Assembly: GCA_002104905.1 (NCBI GenBank)
Contig: MCFE01000164.1
Location: 1 to 64,000, forward strand
Direction: 5' to 3'
DNA: 64,000 nucleotides
From: Basidiobolus meristosporus CBS 931.73
Taxonomy: Eukaryota; Fungi; Basidiobolomycota
Below, piece after piece: positions 13,099 through 26,303 of the stretch (within the stretch, counting starts at the first letter, position 1; each line of letters starts with the position of its first letter). Below the pieces are notes generated by a model, which was given only the letters and a program-made list of their open reading frames with translations, had not been told where the DNA came from and did not search any database. The position numbers were made by a program, and so were the translations under genes.

Positions 13099-16000
13099 TA
13101 TTGTAAGAGTCCTGGAGATGTTGGAAGTGGTAGGGAGGATAAGTAGATAATGTGGTTTGCACTTAATGATTTATTGTATATAAAAGTAGTATTTATACTT
13201 TTCCATGGTCCAGGCATAGTTAACATCTAGAGTAGACTTGGTAAGGTCCTAAGAGCATGCATGCAAAGTTAGGAGCTATTTGGATAACTTTGAGAATTTT
13301 CATGTTCTGGGTACCTGGTATCTTGGCAAATATATTCTAAGTAAATCCCAACAAGGAATTTGGTCAGTATTCTCAAGGATTTGAAGGTAATGATCTAAGT
13401 GACTAAGTTGAGTAAATATTTAGGTGGAATTTCAGATTCTTACAGAACCCCCACTCAGCTAAATGCTCATACTGACTAATCCTAATTTTTAGCTCAGCTA
13501 TTCAAACTTGTCTGCAGCTAATGGTTTTATAAATATGTCTGCATCACTTCTTCTATAGGACAGTAAGCTAAGCTAACTAAGCTATTTTCTATAGCTTTAC
13601 ATATGAAACAATGTCTAATATCTATGGGCTTGGTTCAAGCATTAAAAGATGGATTTCAACCTAACTGTATACATCCTTGATTATCTTGAAATTAACTAAT
13701 AAGTGTTTTTTGACATAAGCCTAAATCCTTGAAAAGCTTCCTTAGCCACATTACTTTTTTTGTAGCTTCACAGGCTGCCATATACTCTGCCTCTGTGGTA
13801 GAAAGTGCTACAGTTAGTTACTTTCTTAAATTCCATGAAATTGCTCCTTGACAGTAAAGAAAGGGGTATTGCGTTGTAGTGGGGTCACAGTGACACCCAC
13901 AGGCAGATGTGCTCATTCTTATGCGTTCACTTCCCTAAAAAGGATTACCCCGCCTATATTATTATCATCCCAAATTTGCAATATTTCCTATTTTTGTCTA
14001 TGTGATTATTACTATGCAACCTGACAAACTATTTGTCACTATTAACCTATTGCACAAACTATTCTTATTCCTTGCCAAGATGCCAAGATAAGATAGTTAC
14101 CTTATAAGGCAAGTACCCCAACAGTGCCCATGTCACGTGACCATCTTGGTTTCATAACCCCCCATCTCACTACCATAAGAGGCAACCACATGACATAGAG
14201 GTTTCATATTACCACTACCTGATTGGCTAGGTGCTACTATGTCTCACGGAACAATCTGCCAAGAATTTGCGCTATTTTTAGTACACAAAGACATGATTGG
14301 TTGTCTACTACCTTCTGGAAACTTCCGGAAAGTATTTTCTAGCAAGAAATTGAGCAGCAAAAAAAGTATATAAGGGAGGCTATCCCTTAAAATAAATCAT
14401 CCCTCTTCCAATATTCCGACTTATTGATTAGTGAGATCACCGCTACCTATTACCACTATTTTCTGGCTCAGACCTGACAACACTCCCAGGAAACCGCGCT
14501 GACAGCCAACTGGCCTTGGAGGCACTACTTGTGAGGAATACTCAGAGTAGGTATATTTTATTATATTTGTTTGTTTTCCCAAGTTTGTTCTTGTACAGGC
14601 AAAGATACTTTTCAGTCTTTGTAACTATTGGTCAAAGCTGCATTCTTATCAAGTCCCTGTTGGTGGAGTTTACAGTTGTTTTGACTTTGGAAGCTTTAGT
14701 ACATTGTCATCTCAAAGGACGTCAAAGCCATTATAAACTTTTGTTAAGACACCAACTAAGTTGGGGATTGTAGTTCAATAGTTTTCCCTTGACAAGCTTG
14801 AGGCTTTATCCCCCATCACATTAGATTAGACAAAAGACCCCGTATTCCTAGCAAGCTTTTGCCAGAGGTTATCGCACCCAGTGAACACCCCACACACATT
14901 CACACTTGAGAAGTGTTGGCCGTATTTTGCCCTCTGGACTTATACACCACCACAGCATGGTAGATCTTCTGTCTTCTAAATTTGTCCCCAATCAGCATCA
15001 GAGTATCACACAAGATCCTGTTTTGAGTCCTTATAAAAGTACCCCAAGCAGCTATTAGCTGCTCCTTTTAGGTATTTAAAAATCCGCTTAACTGCTGCAA
15101 TATTATCAGATCCATGGTTGTGTTTTGCTGGCTGACAGCTCCCACTGAATATGAAATATCTAGATGTGTTCCAGGCATGATACAGATCAGACTGCTGACC
15201 GTAGACTGATAAGGAAAGTCAGGGCTCTCAGATGGCACCAAGCTCTCTTGATTTGGTTAAGTTTTGACCAAGCTCAAATCTGTCTCTATTTTGGTAGCTG
15301 CCAGTTTACAGTCTTCCATTTGGTACATCTTTAGTGTAAGTTAAATATACTTGGATTGGCTTAGGGTGATAGTCTGGGTACTTCTGTCTATGTAAAACTT
15401 TATCCCTAAGTACTTACTGAGTTCTCCTAGATCATACATCTTGAACTCCTTAGATAGGCTGGATTTAGTCTCTTCCAATGTTTCTAGGTTATTTGTGGCT
15501 ATAAAAGGATTATCCACATATATAGCTAATAGAACTGGATTTGCTCTATCTAGCTTATAGTAAATACTGTAGTCAGCATTGCTCCTCTTGAAACTCAAAG
15601 ATTCCAAATACAAACCTATCTTGCAATTCCAGGCTCTTGTTGTTTGTTTGATTCCATATAGAGACTTTTTAAGCTTACACACCAAATGGGGGTTATCTTG
15701 GTCAGCACACCCATCAGACTGGTCCATATACATGTCCTCATTAAGTTCTCCATTTAAAAATGAAGTTTTTACATCCATTTGATATATAAAAACTTTATAT
15801 TTGACTGCAATTGCCAATATTAATCTAATGGAATTAAATTTGGCTACTGGTGCAATGATCTCAGTGTAGTCAAGTCCTTTTGTTTGAGAGTATCCTTTGG
15901 CCACAAGTCTAGCTTTGCATCTTTCAATTGTACCATCAGTCTTGTATTTTGTCTTAAAGACCCATCTGTATCCATTTTATTTTTGGTTGACTGGATATTT

Positions 16001-16593
16001 GACCAAGTCCCAAGTTTGACTTTACATTAGACCCTGATACTCCTCAGTCATTGCAGATGTCCAAAACTTTGTCTGAGGGCTATATAGGGCATCTTTTACA
16101 GTCTAGGGCTCATCAATAAGAACTGAATAGGCATAGGCTAAGTTTGTACCATAATTGATATTGTAAATTTGGTTATTTCTTGTCCAGTTGGATCCATGGA
16201 CATTTGTTACTGGAATGATCACTTCTGGAATATTCCTGGGCACTACTTCAGGCTAAGCCATGGTTTTGGAGTCCTCTGGAGTAAAAAATTCTCATTGTTT
16301 TGCTTTGATTTAATCCTGACAATTGGTGGACTTCAGACTAGATTTTTGTCATCATCTGATGTCATTTTTTGTAAAAATTTTGAATTTTCATCAAGTAACA
16401 CATCCCTGGACTTGCTCAACTTCTTTGCTTTGGTATTGTAGAGTCTGTATGCTTTATTCTCATTGCAGTAGCCCAAAAATATGCATTTAACACTTTTTGG
16501 CTCACATTTGACTGATTTTCAGGCAGTTTCTTGGCATATGCTGTACACCCAAATATTCTTAGATGTTCTGCGCTTGTTCTGGATCCATACCAT
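13099..16593 (-). mobile_element. 5'-truncated Ty1/copia copy: 3' LTR 13099-~13447, PPT, RNase H and RT, interrupted by a gypsy solo LTR
   Basis: ORF 15341-15904 has AKGYSQTKGLDYTEIIAPVAKF, QMDVKTSFLNG and LKKSLYG. A PPT-like AGCTGAGTGGGGG abuts the LTR. Confidence 0.88.
13875..14954 (+). repeat. Gypsy-family solo LTR (1080 bp) with 4-bp TSD GCGT/GCAT
   Basis: TGTAGTGGGG...TATACACCACCACA ends match the LTRs of the element at 42289-49619. Copia RNase H sequence is continuous across it. Confidence 0.92.
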
Positions 16594-19500
16594 CCAAGTA
16601 AACCTTAGAAGCAGTCAAGGAAGCCATACACTGACCTTTAAAGAAGTACTCTATGTACCAGAAATAGCCAAGAACCCACTCTCTGTAAGCAAGGCCACAG
16701 CAGAAGTACTCAGTTTCAGTTTGACAATTCTGGATGCAGGATCACTGATCAAGATGGTGCCCATATTGCTTTGGGCATCAGAGATCAGAATCTATACAAG
16801 TTGACTTGTATTCCATCATATCTGGAAGCCAATATAAGTAACTTAAATGAAGAAACACTATTGCTTTGGCACAGGGGATTTGGGCACATCAATTTTGATT
16901 ATTTGCGTAAAATGATCAAAGATCAGCTAATATCTGGAGTGAAAATTGACCCCCCAGCTAATTTGGAGCACTGTGAAGCCTGCATAAATGGGAAACAAGC
17001 CAGGCAACTGTTCAAGAGCTCTGGGTTTACCAAAACTAAGAAAAAATTAGATCTTATTCACTCAGATCTGTGTGGACCTATGCAAAATTTATCCTTAGGT
17101 GGGATGAAGTATTTAATCACTTCTATTGATGAACATACAAGATACACATGGGTCTATTTCATGGAGAGAAAGGAAGAAGCTCTGTCTAAGTTCAGGGAGT
17201 TTAAAGCCATGGTGGAGAGAGAAACTGGTGAAAAAATCAAGAAAATACGCTTTGACAATGGTGGAGAATATACCTCAAAACTCTTCGACAACTTCTGCAA
17301 TATTCATGGGATAAAGCAAGAGACTACTGTACCATACTCATCACAGCAAAATGGAGTAGCAGAACAAGCTAACAGATCAATAATTGATATGGCAAGATCT
17401 ATGATCCATGATCAAAAATTATCCTATGATTTTTGGGCGGAATCAGTTGCCACTGCTGTATATCTTAAATATAGGAGTTATAACAGAATACTTCATGATT
17501 CTACTCCATTTGAGGCATGGTATGGATACAGACCAAGTGCAGAACATCTAACAATATTTGGGTGTACAGCATATGCCAAAAAACTGGCGGAAATCAGTCA
17601 AAATTTGAGCCAAAAAGTGTAAAATGCATATTTTTGGGCTACTGCAATGAGAGTAAGGCATACAGACTCTACAATACCAAAGCAAAGAAGCTGATCAAGT
17701 CCAAGGATGTGTTGTTTGATGAAAATTCAAAATTTTCACAAAAAATGACATCAGATGATGACAAAAATTTGATCTCAAGTCCACCAATTGTCAGGATTGA
17801 ATCAGAGCAAAACAATGAAAATTTTTTCACTCCAGAGGACTCTACAACCATGGTTCAGCCAGAATCAGTGCCCAGGAATATCCCAGAAGTGATCATTCCA
17901 GTATCAAATGCCCGGAGATCAAATTGGACAAGAAATAGCCCAAATTACTATATCAATGAGGGTACAAACTTAGCCTATGCCTATTCAGTCCATATTGATG
18001 TACCCCAGACTGTAAAAGAGGCCCTAAATAGCCCTCAGACAAAGTTTTGGAGATCTGCAATGACTAAGGAATATCAGGCACTGATGGAAAATCAAATTTG
18101 GGACTTAGTCAAATTACCAATCAATCAAAAATCAATTGGATGCAGATGGGTCTTCAAGACAAAGTACAAGGCTGATGGTACAATTGAAAGATGCAAAGCA
18201 AGACTTGTGGCCAAAGTATACTCTCAAACAAAAGGACTTGACTATACTGAGGCCTTTGCACCGGTAGCCAAGTTTAATTCCATCAGATTAATATTGGCTA
18301 TTGCAGCCAAATGTAAGTTTTTTATTCATCAAATGGATGTAAAAACTGCATTTTTGAATGGAGAACTTGGTGAGGACGTGTATATGGACCAGCCTGATGG
18401 GTTTGTTGACCAAGATAACCCCCATTTGGTCTGCAAGCTTAAAAAGTCACTATATGGTCTCAAACAATCACCAAGAGCCTGGAATTGCAAGATAGATTCT
18501 TATTTGGAATCTTTGAGTTTCAAAAGAAGTAATGCTGACTATAGTATATACTATGAGCCAGATAGAGCAAATCCAGTTCTATTAGCTCTATATGTGGATG
18601 ATCTTATTATAGCCGCCAATAACCTAGAAACATTGGAAGAAACTAAATCCAGCCTATCTAAGGAGTTCAAGATGTCTGATTTAGGAGAACTTAGTTGCTA
18701 CTTAGGGATTAGGTTCTCCATAGACAGAAGTACCCAGACTGTACCCAAAGCCAATCCAAGTATATTCAAGATGTACTAAAGAAGTACCAAATGGAAGACT
18801 GTAAACTGGCAGCTACCCCAATGGAGACAAACCTTAACTTGGTCAAAACTCAACCAAATCAAGAGAGCTTGGTGCCATCTGAAAGCCCTGACTTTCCTTA
18901 TCAATCTATGGTTATCAGTCTGATGTATATCATGCTTGGGGCACATCTAGACATTGCTTATTCAGTGAGAGTTGTCAGCCAATATAATCAGAACTATGGA
19001 TCTGATCATATTGCAGCAGTTAAGCGGATTTTTAGATTCCTAAAAGGAACTGCCAATATTTGCTTAAGATATCATGCTTGGAACATGTCCAGATATCTCA
19101 TATTCAGTGGGAGTTGTTGGCCAACATAATCAGAACTATGGTTCTGATTATATTGCAGCAGTTAAGCAGATTTTTAGATTCCTAAAAGGAACTGCCAATA
19201 TTTGCTTAAGATACATTTATAAGGACTCAGAACAAGATCTTGTGGGATACTCTGATGCAGATTGGGGACAAAATTTAGAAGACAGAAGATCCACCACAGG
19301 ATACACCTTTCTTTACTGTAAAGGAGCAATTTCATGGAATTCAAGAAAGCAACCTACCGTAGCACTTTCCACCACAGAGGCAGAGTATATGGCAGCCTGT
19401 GAAGCTACAAAACAAGCAATGTGGTTAAGAAAGCTGTTTACAGATTTAGGCCTATGTCAAAAAATGCCCATTACTTTATTTCAAGATAATCAAGGATGTA

Positions 19501-19975
19501 TACAATTAGGTAGAAATCCAACTTTTCATGCTAGAACCAAGCACATAGATATTAGACATCATTTCATATGTGAAGCTATAGAGAATAACTTAGTTAGCTT
19601 AGTTTACTGTCCTACAGATGAAATGATTGCAGACATATTTACCAAACCATTAGCTAGAGACAAGTTTGAATATCTTAGGTCAAAATTAAGACTAGTCAGT
19701 ATGAACATTTAGCTGAGTGGGAGTGTTGTAAAAATTTGTATTTCCACCTAAATATTCACCTAACTTAGTCACTTAGATCAGTACCCTCAAATCCTAGAGA
19801 ATACTGACCAAATTCCTTGTTGGGATTTACTTAGAATATTTTCACCAAAATACCAGGTACCCAGAACATGAAAATTCTCAAAGTTGTCCAAACAGCCCCA
19901 AACTTTGCACACATGTTCTTGGGACCTTCCTTAACCTATTCTACATGTTTGTAATGCCAAGATAAGGTAAAAGTA
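16591..19975 (+). mobile_element. Ty1/copia pol (integrase, RT, RNase H; frameshifted) with PPT and the 5' part of the 3' LTR
   Basis: Integrase motifs LWHRGFGHIN..CEAC, DLIHSDLCGP, FDNGGEY, QQNGVAE. RT motifs QMDVKTAFLNG, LYVDDLII. RNase H motifs GYSDADWG, STTEAEY, RTKHIDIRHHF. The order IN-RT-RH is diagnostic for copia. PPT at 19711-19723; the LTR starts at 19724. Confidence 0.93.
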
Positions 19976-19982
19976 GTATTTA

Positions 19983-21450
19983 TACCTTTAAATGGTCTTA
20001 GCATGAGAAACACATGGAATAGGCTTAGGAAGGTCCTAAAAACATTTGTGCACAGTTTGGGGCTATTTGGACAGCTTCAAGAATTTTCAGGTTCTGGGTA
20101 CCTGGTATTTTGGTGAAAATATTCCAAGTAAATTCCAACAAGGAATTTGGTCAGTATTCTCTAGGATTTGAAGGTAATGATCTAAGTGACTAAGTTAGGT
20201 GAATATTCAGGTGGAATTTCATTTTTATACTAGAGTATAAACATTGATAAAAGAGCAAATACTTCATCCCACCTAAGGATAAGTTTTGCATAGGTTCACA
20301 CAGATCTGAGTTAATTAGATCTAATTTCTTCTTAGTTTTGATTAACCCAGGGCTTTTGAATGGCTGTCTGACTTGTTTGCCATATATGAAGGCTTCAAAG
20401 TGCCCCAATATTGCCAGGGGAACAATTTCTACTCCGGAAATTAGATGATCTTTGATCATTTTACACAAATAATCAAAATTGATGTGCCCAAATCTCCTGT
20501 GCCAAAGCATTGGTGTTTCTTCATTTAAGTTACTTATATTGGCTTCCAGATGTGATGGAATTCAGGTCAACTTGTATATATTTTGATATCTGATACCCTG
20601 CACAATATGAGCACCATTCTGATCAGTGATCCTGCGTCCCAAATTGTCAAAACTAAAGCTGAGTCCTTCTGCTGGGGCATTGCTTACAGATAGCAGGTTC
20701 TTGGCTATTTCTGGTACATAGAGTACTTCTTTGGAGGTAAGTGTGTGGCTTCCTTCACTGCTACTGAGGTTCTTTTTGATGTGTGAAGTGTCAAGATGAT
20801 CCAATGCCAATATAATATACACAAGAATCATTGTTGGTGGTCATATTTAGTGCACATATGAATAATCTATCTTCAGATGTTGCAGCATTTCTAAATTTGG
20901 GCTTTTTCAGCTGATTATCTCACTTTTTGAAGCACTGGTCTGATGTGTGTCCTTTTATTTTACAGTAACTTCAAGAAAGGTGGTGGTTGCCTTTGTAAGG
21001 TCTTGGGTACCTCCTTTGTTGGTTATCATTGCTTATTAAAGCATTTTCTTCTTCCTTCTTATTGGTGCTTGATTTTCTTAATTCTTCATCCAGGAGCCTT
21101 CCATATACGTAATTTAAGGTCAAATCTTCAGCTCTGGACTCAGGGGCTGATACAAGGCCCTGAAACTTGTCTGTCAGGCTATTCAGGATGGTAACTAATA
21201 TATCCTCATCAGTAGTTGGTACACCCACAGATTCCATCTCATCAACCAACAGGGTAATACTGATAATCAGATTTTTTGTTTCTTCTCCTGGTAGCATCTG
21301 TGTAGGAAAGAATTTTTGTGTTAGATACATTTTCTTAGCAGCTGAACATGACTGATAGGTGTCTTCTAATGCCTTCCAGGCATTCTTTGCTGCTTTTGCT
21401 CTTGAGCATTGAGTTTTATAAGATATAACCATTCTCAATGTAGACAGCCA
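19983..21450 (-). mobile_element. Ty1/copia 5' fragment (gag, protease, integrase start) plus a partial LTR at 19983-~20231
   Basis: Gag ORF 20971-21438 (KNAWKALEDTY...TILNSLTDKF). GAG-pre-integrase LWHRRFGHINF at 20190-20510. Confidence 0.85.
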
Positions 21451-24400
21451 GGAACTACTGGCCAGAACTAAATGACTATATAATTTTGAAAGAATCTAGA
21501 GCGCAAATTACTGGACAGGTGGAAACTTTGAGGATGGCACATAGTTATTCACAGTATTAAATCATAAGATATGTAAGTTTAATGCAACACCTTGAGTTGC
21601 TACAATTAGCAAATTGATGATTAAATCTAACAAATTGACTGGTGGATATTGGGTTGTATACGTATATATATAAGGGTATTATTACGACACTACTGCGGCA
21701 GACGCACTTGAAAATGACGTACAAAGATCCATTGCTACGAATAATCAAGGTATCACTTGTCAGCTAATTACTATTTGTTGGTTGATAGTCGTTTGACTGT
21801 ATTAATAGCAATTGATTGAAGTTAAGCTCAGATGTGCACACAACAGGTCGAGTATTTCCTCGCGGAAACCTAGGAGCATAGCTACGCGGATATTTCCCAT
21901 GAATCTACTACGCAGCTGTGTTGTCAAAGGGGTCAAGAAGATGCAGCTAGACTACGATTGCTTTGGAACGGCTTGAAATTGTTCCATTCACTTGACGTCT
22001 CCACAGTTCTGATGGTTGTCCGCAACATGTTGCCTAGTGATGTGAAACTATGATGCAAAGCACCAGTTTTGCATCCGAAAATTGGTTGCAAAATTTGGGT
22101 GTGCATGGATGCTTGCGATTGATCTAGATTCCATCTTTGGTGAACGAGATCCACTTGAGGATCAGGGATGTGTGATGTGTCAAGTGTCAAGTGCAGAGAA
22201 CCATCATTAGATTTTGTGGTTCATATTGTCCGAAGGAAAGAAACCTTGCCTCAACTCAACAAACCAATCTTGAGTCCCTTTTCAGAGTGGGCCAGTATGA
22301 CGGAATAATCTCGAGCAATCGGTCACTCTCCCCATATGGTAAATAAGGGCGACCATGTAGGTTGGATGAGGCCAATGTTGATGCTAGTAGAGTGTAGCTG
22401 AAGCAACCACTCGCAACCCACGGGTTCAGCCCTGCCTTGTCCATTGATCGGTCGCTGGCTTGATGAGGCGGTGGGAGATAGGCAAGAGTGCACTGCTTTA
22501 GACTTGTCTGCGAAGTAAGTGAAACCCAGCCGTTACTCACGCGATTGCCAATTCAAAGGAACCATGAGGCGACGTAACCAACGAGATTGTGTAACTTACT
22601 GCCACCATATGCATGATCCGAGGGATCACGAGCAGTCAGGGAGTTTTTTCTACTCCCTCATGCTCGTGCAACAACCAATCTACCATCAATGCCAAAATTG
22701 TATAATATATGATTGTGTGTTGAATTCACCAAGTGGTGTCAAACCACAAATGCTTGCGCATGCAACCCCTTAATGCGATAGATTGCTATCTGCAACTTGA
22801 TAGCACCAAGTCCATGTGTCAGCTAACCCCAATCCAACTGGAGTGGACCAATGGTGCTCCGGCTGTGTTTAAAACTCTAATTCGGTCAAGGATTCACTGG
22901 AATATGCCAACTGGATGCTGGCCAGCACCCGTTCGTAGAAGAATCTGCACACGGAGTGGAGCTAAAGTCCGAAAAGTTGGCTGATCTTGCTGATCAAGGC
23001 ATGATGAAACTCTTCTTAATCGCCGGATCTCAGAACCATACATTTGGTGAGGTTAGCCACGGAGTCCAATGAATGCTGGAGGATGTCACCACCAAAAGGG
23101 ACAATTCCAACATTTTGGGGCATCAGCATTTGCCATTTTCTGTGTAACATTCTCACTTTCGCTTGCTCTGGCGTTCACGACAGGATGTCTCCTTGGGAAT
23201 CTGGACTGGCAGAAGGTTTGATATTCTTACGCAATTAATCAACCTCCAGATTGGTAGCTGATCATAATCTCCAACTGGGTCCATCTCATATCTGAGCCAA
23301 TGAGGGGAACAGTAGAGTGCGTTGATGAGCTAACATTTGGCCAGGCTGTCAGCTTCGAATCCGCCGGTCCGCCTTCGATGGTCAACTGGACTATGTCTAG
23401 GCTAATTGCGATAGATAGCCCTATTCCGTCGGAAGAAAGGGATTGTCGCATAGTATTCTCCAGGGCCGAAAGTGCGGAGAATCGATTACCGGTTGGGCGG
23501 AAACATCTATAGTCAGCAACTGGTTGCTTTTCAACCTGCGCGGGATATCGTGTTTGTAACTGGTAACATCTGGCCCCAACTATCTGGTTGGCAGCAGTAT
23601 ACGACCAGTTTGAGTGGTTACGCTCCATCACACATATGCTTTGGCCTGGTTACAGTGGATTGCGGCTGAGCTGGCCCAACCTCGTGCATCTTGAATCAGG
23701 AGCAGGCAGCCATTCCCGAGTGATCCATTGATCACGATCACAATCACTTAATTGTATGAACTCAATCGCTGAATCAAGTGAGCATCCCAGCTTGGGCCTT
23801 TGCTCTTCTCTCCATGGTAGTCATCCAGGTCCTATTCAAGGAGCACTATGACGAGGTGATGGCCATCCGCAACGCAGACAGATTGCCAAGGTCTTTGTCG
23901 TATATGGCAATCCCCTCTACCTGGCTCCGATTTTCCCACCCCGCGTGTGATGCCTATCAAGTTGATTACCTGTCCAGATGCTGAGGTCGTCAACACACTG
24001 GATCCAAATGGCTGAATCGAGTTACTCCATGACAGGCAGTTACCAGGATTCAGCCATTGTTGGAAGAGATCGTCTGGACGAGTCAGATCCATGTCCAGCC
24101 AAGAAACTGGATTGGGCTGTATTACGAAGAAATCATTGCCCGCCAACACCGCCGGTGTCTACTGGAAGGAGGCTGCTGCCTTCGCGCTACGTATCGGCAG
24201 CGCACTGGTGGCTGATGCAGAGAACCTTGTTTCTGTGGGGAGCTGGAAACAGCAAGGATTCATACAACACTCACATATGCCATCTCCCACCCCCATGACT
24301 TATTCGAGAGCGATTTATCCGGCACTAATGGAGCTGCGTAGCTATGGAGTTGCTGCCAGACAAAAGTATCTAGATGCCGATTCTTATCGATAAACACCCT

Positions 24401-25646
24401 GGCGTACCATTCTGGGCCAAATATGTATCGGCCTCATTAAAGACTCCCTCGTTCTCGGAAATAAGCAAAAACAATGGGGTAGCACTGGCTTGATGAGAGA
24501 TTGATGGCCACGATACGTCTACCGCGGAAATGAACGTAAATTAGATACCATTCTGAGTGCGTGCAGATGACATCATTGATCCCACTACGTCGCCCATGGA
24601 TATGTGGTTGCTGTAGGAGCCCAAGTTCAAGGAAGATGGCAGTTGATTAGTCACTATGGGGACCCAGTGACGACAATGTGCAAAGGATTAGCAATGGTGT
24701 TTGGTGATCCACGGCTGGATACAGATGCGTGAATAGTGTTTACATTACACCGCCAATACTTCGCCCATATTGTGTGGATGTTGGCAATTGTCCTGCAGTA
24801 GATCTGAGAGCATATCCGTGTCACATTAGTCTGCCGGTAAGCAGCCAGAGATAGGGATGTTCAGCTCACATTGGTGATGCTATCTTCAGGTAGGATTGCC
24901 TTAGTTTGGGGTTTCGCCACAGCGTTGGATCAGCCTAACGACTCCAGCAAGAAAGGCCATCGGGGACTTCCCGCGGGCAGGTGCTCCAGTCTACAGAAAA
25001 CAACCCCCCAGCCTGCTGCCGTGGCTGCACTACCCCTCGACAGCAACCGTCGTCTTTCCTGGGCTCCCTCCTTCGACCACCCACAGGACGGAGCGATATT
25101 GCTGTGGGACATCCCCATAAATAGAAAGCCTCTCTTTCTTATCATCAGGTGCGTAAGGTACCAGATAGAGCCACCGCAATGTGCATGCAAAGTAACATTC
25201 ACTGGAGCCTCATCACCTTTGCAAGCATGCTGAGATAGCAGCCCAAGCGATAACAGGCATGCACTGAGCCTGTCATGGCCTCCAAATTAGGTAGGAAGAT
25301 CGCACTGATTCGAGTCGATCCGGAAGACCAGGACCAATCCGAGTTCCATGCATTCGTATCTCTCACTATCTACGCTAGAAATACCATACCATATATGGGG
25401 CCGGATTGCTGAATATGTGTAATTCCTTCCAAGGGAAGTCGCCTAAAAGGATTTGACATTGCGATATTGATATCAACAAGAAAATTTCGATGTACTGATT
25501 TGGGCCAATAATGGCCAGAATCAGACACATGTGGTGACCGAGTAGATAAGAATCGTGGATGGAATATAAAAGAGTGGGTCTCCTCCCGTGGTAAGGGTGT
25601 ACATTGAATCATCCTTATTTGACAGTGGATTTGCAAGAACATCAAC

Positions 25647-26303
25647 ATGGCCACTGCCACGCCTCACTTGTCTTTCATCCTTCAGTCCGAAGGCAACCTT
25701 CCCGAGCAACCTGTTATCTCCAAAAGCATTCGTCCCTACAACTGCTCTCTCTGTAAAAAGTCATTTCGCCGGAATGAGCATCTGATCCGGCATGTTCGCA
25801 CCCACACCGGTGAGAAGCCCTACTCATGTTCCTACGTTAGCTGCGGCAAACGCTTCTCCAGATCCGATGAGCTGGCCCGGCACATTCGCACCCACCAAAA
25901 GCGAGAGATCCAGAAGTTCAGCCTCGTCTATTCATACCCATGTCTGAACAACAATGGGAACGTGTGTCTCTTCTCGAGCTTCCCATCCCAAACACTCACC
26001 TCGAGGAAATCCACTCCCGAGCCTGAGCCTGCCCCATGTGTTGCTTCCTCGGGCGACTACATGGACAATCTGCGTCGTTATGAGCCGTATCACGTGCTTC
26101 CCACCAAATGGAGACCAATCAAGAGCCCTAGTAATTCGAGATGGAGCTCTGCCACAAGCTCGTTGCAGTCTAGCCCGGCCGTTTCCTCAGACTCCGAATT
26201 TGAGGATGACTCCCCGTCAAACTACCATTCCCGGGAAACCAGCCCCCAGCCCTCCGAGCCCACACCTAGCGCTCACAGGCTATCATTTATTCTCAACAAC
26301 TAA
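25647..26303 (+). CDS. Two-finger C2H2 zinc-finger TF of the Mig1/CreA/Egr type, 218 aa, intronless
   Basis: [53 protein letters not shown]. Ser/Pro-rich tail ending LSFILNN. Confidence 0.92.
   Translation: MATATPHLSFILQSEGNLPEQPVISKSIRPYNCSLCKKSFRRNEHLIRHVRTHTGEKPYSCSYVSCGKRFSRSDELARHIRTHQKREIQKFSLVYSYPCLNNNGNVCLFSSFPSQTLTSRKSTPEPEPAPCVASSGDYMDNLRRYEPYHVLPTKWRPIKSPSNSRWSSATSSLQSSPAVSSDSEFEDDSPSNYHSRETSPQPSEPTPSAHRLSFILNN

Noticed and set aside
21688-21696. CACTACTGC identical to the 9-mer at 55662, a possible CACTA terminus
   Set aside because: A 9-bp match is plausible by chance. There are no subterminal repeats or transposase nearby, and both are in the same orientation.
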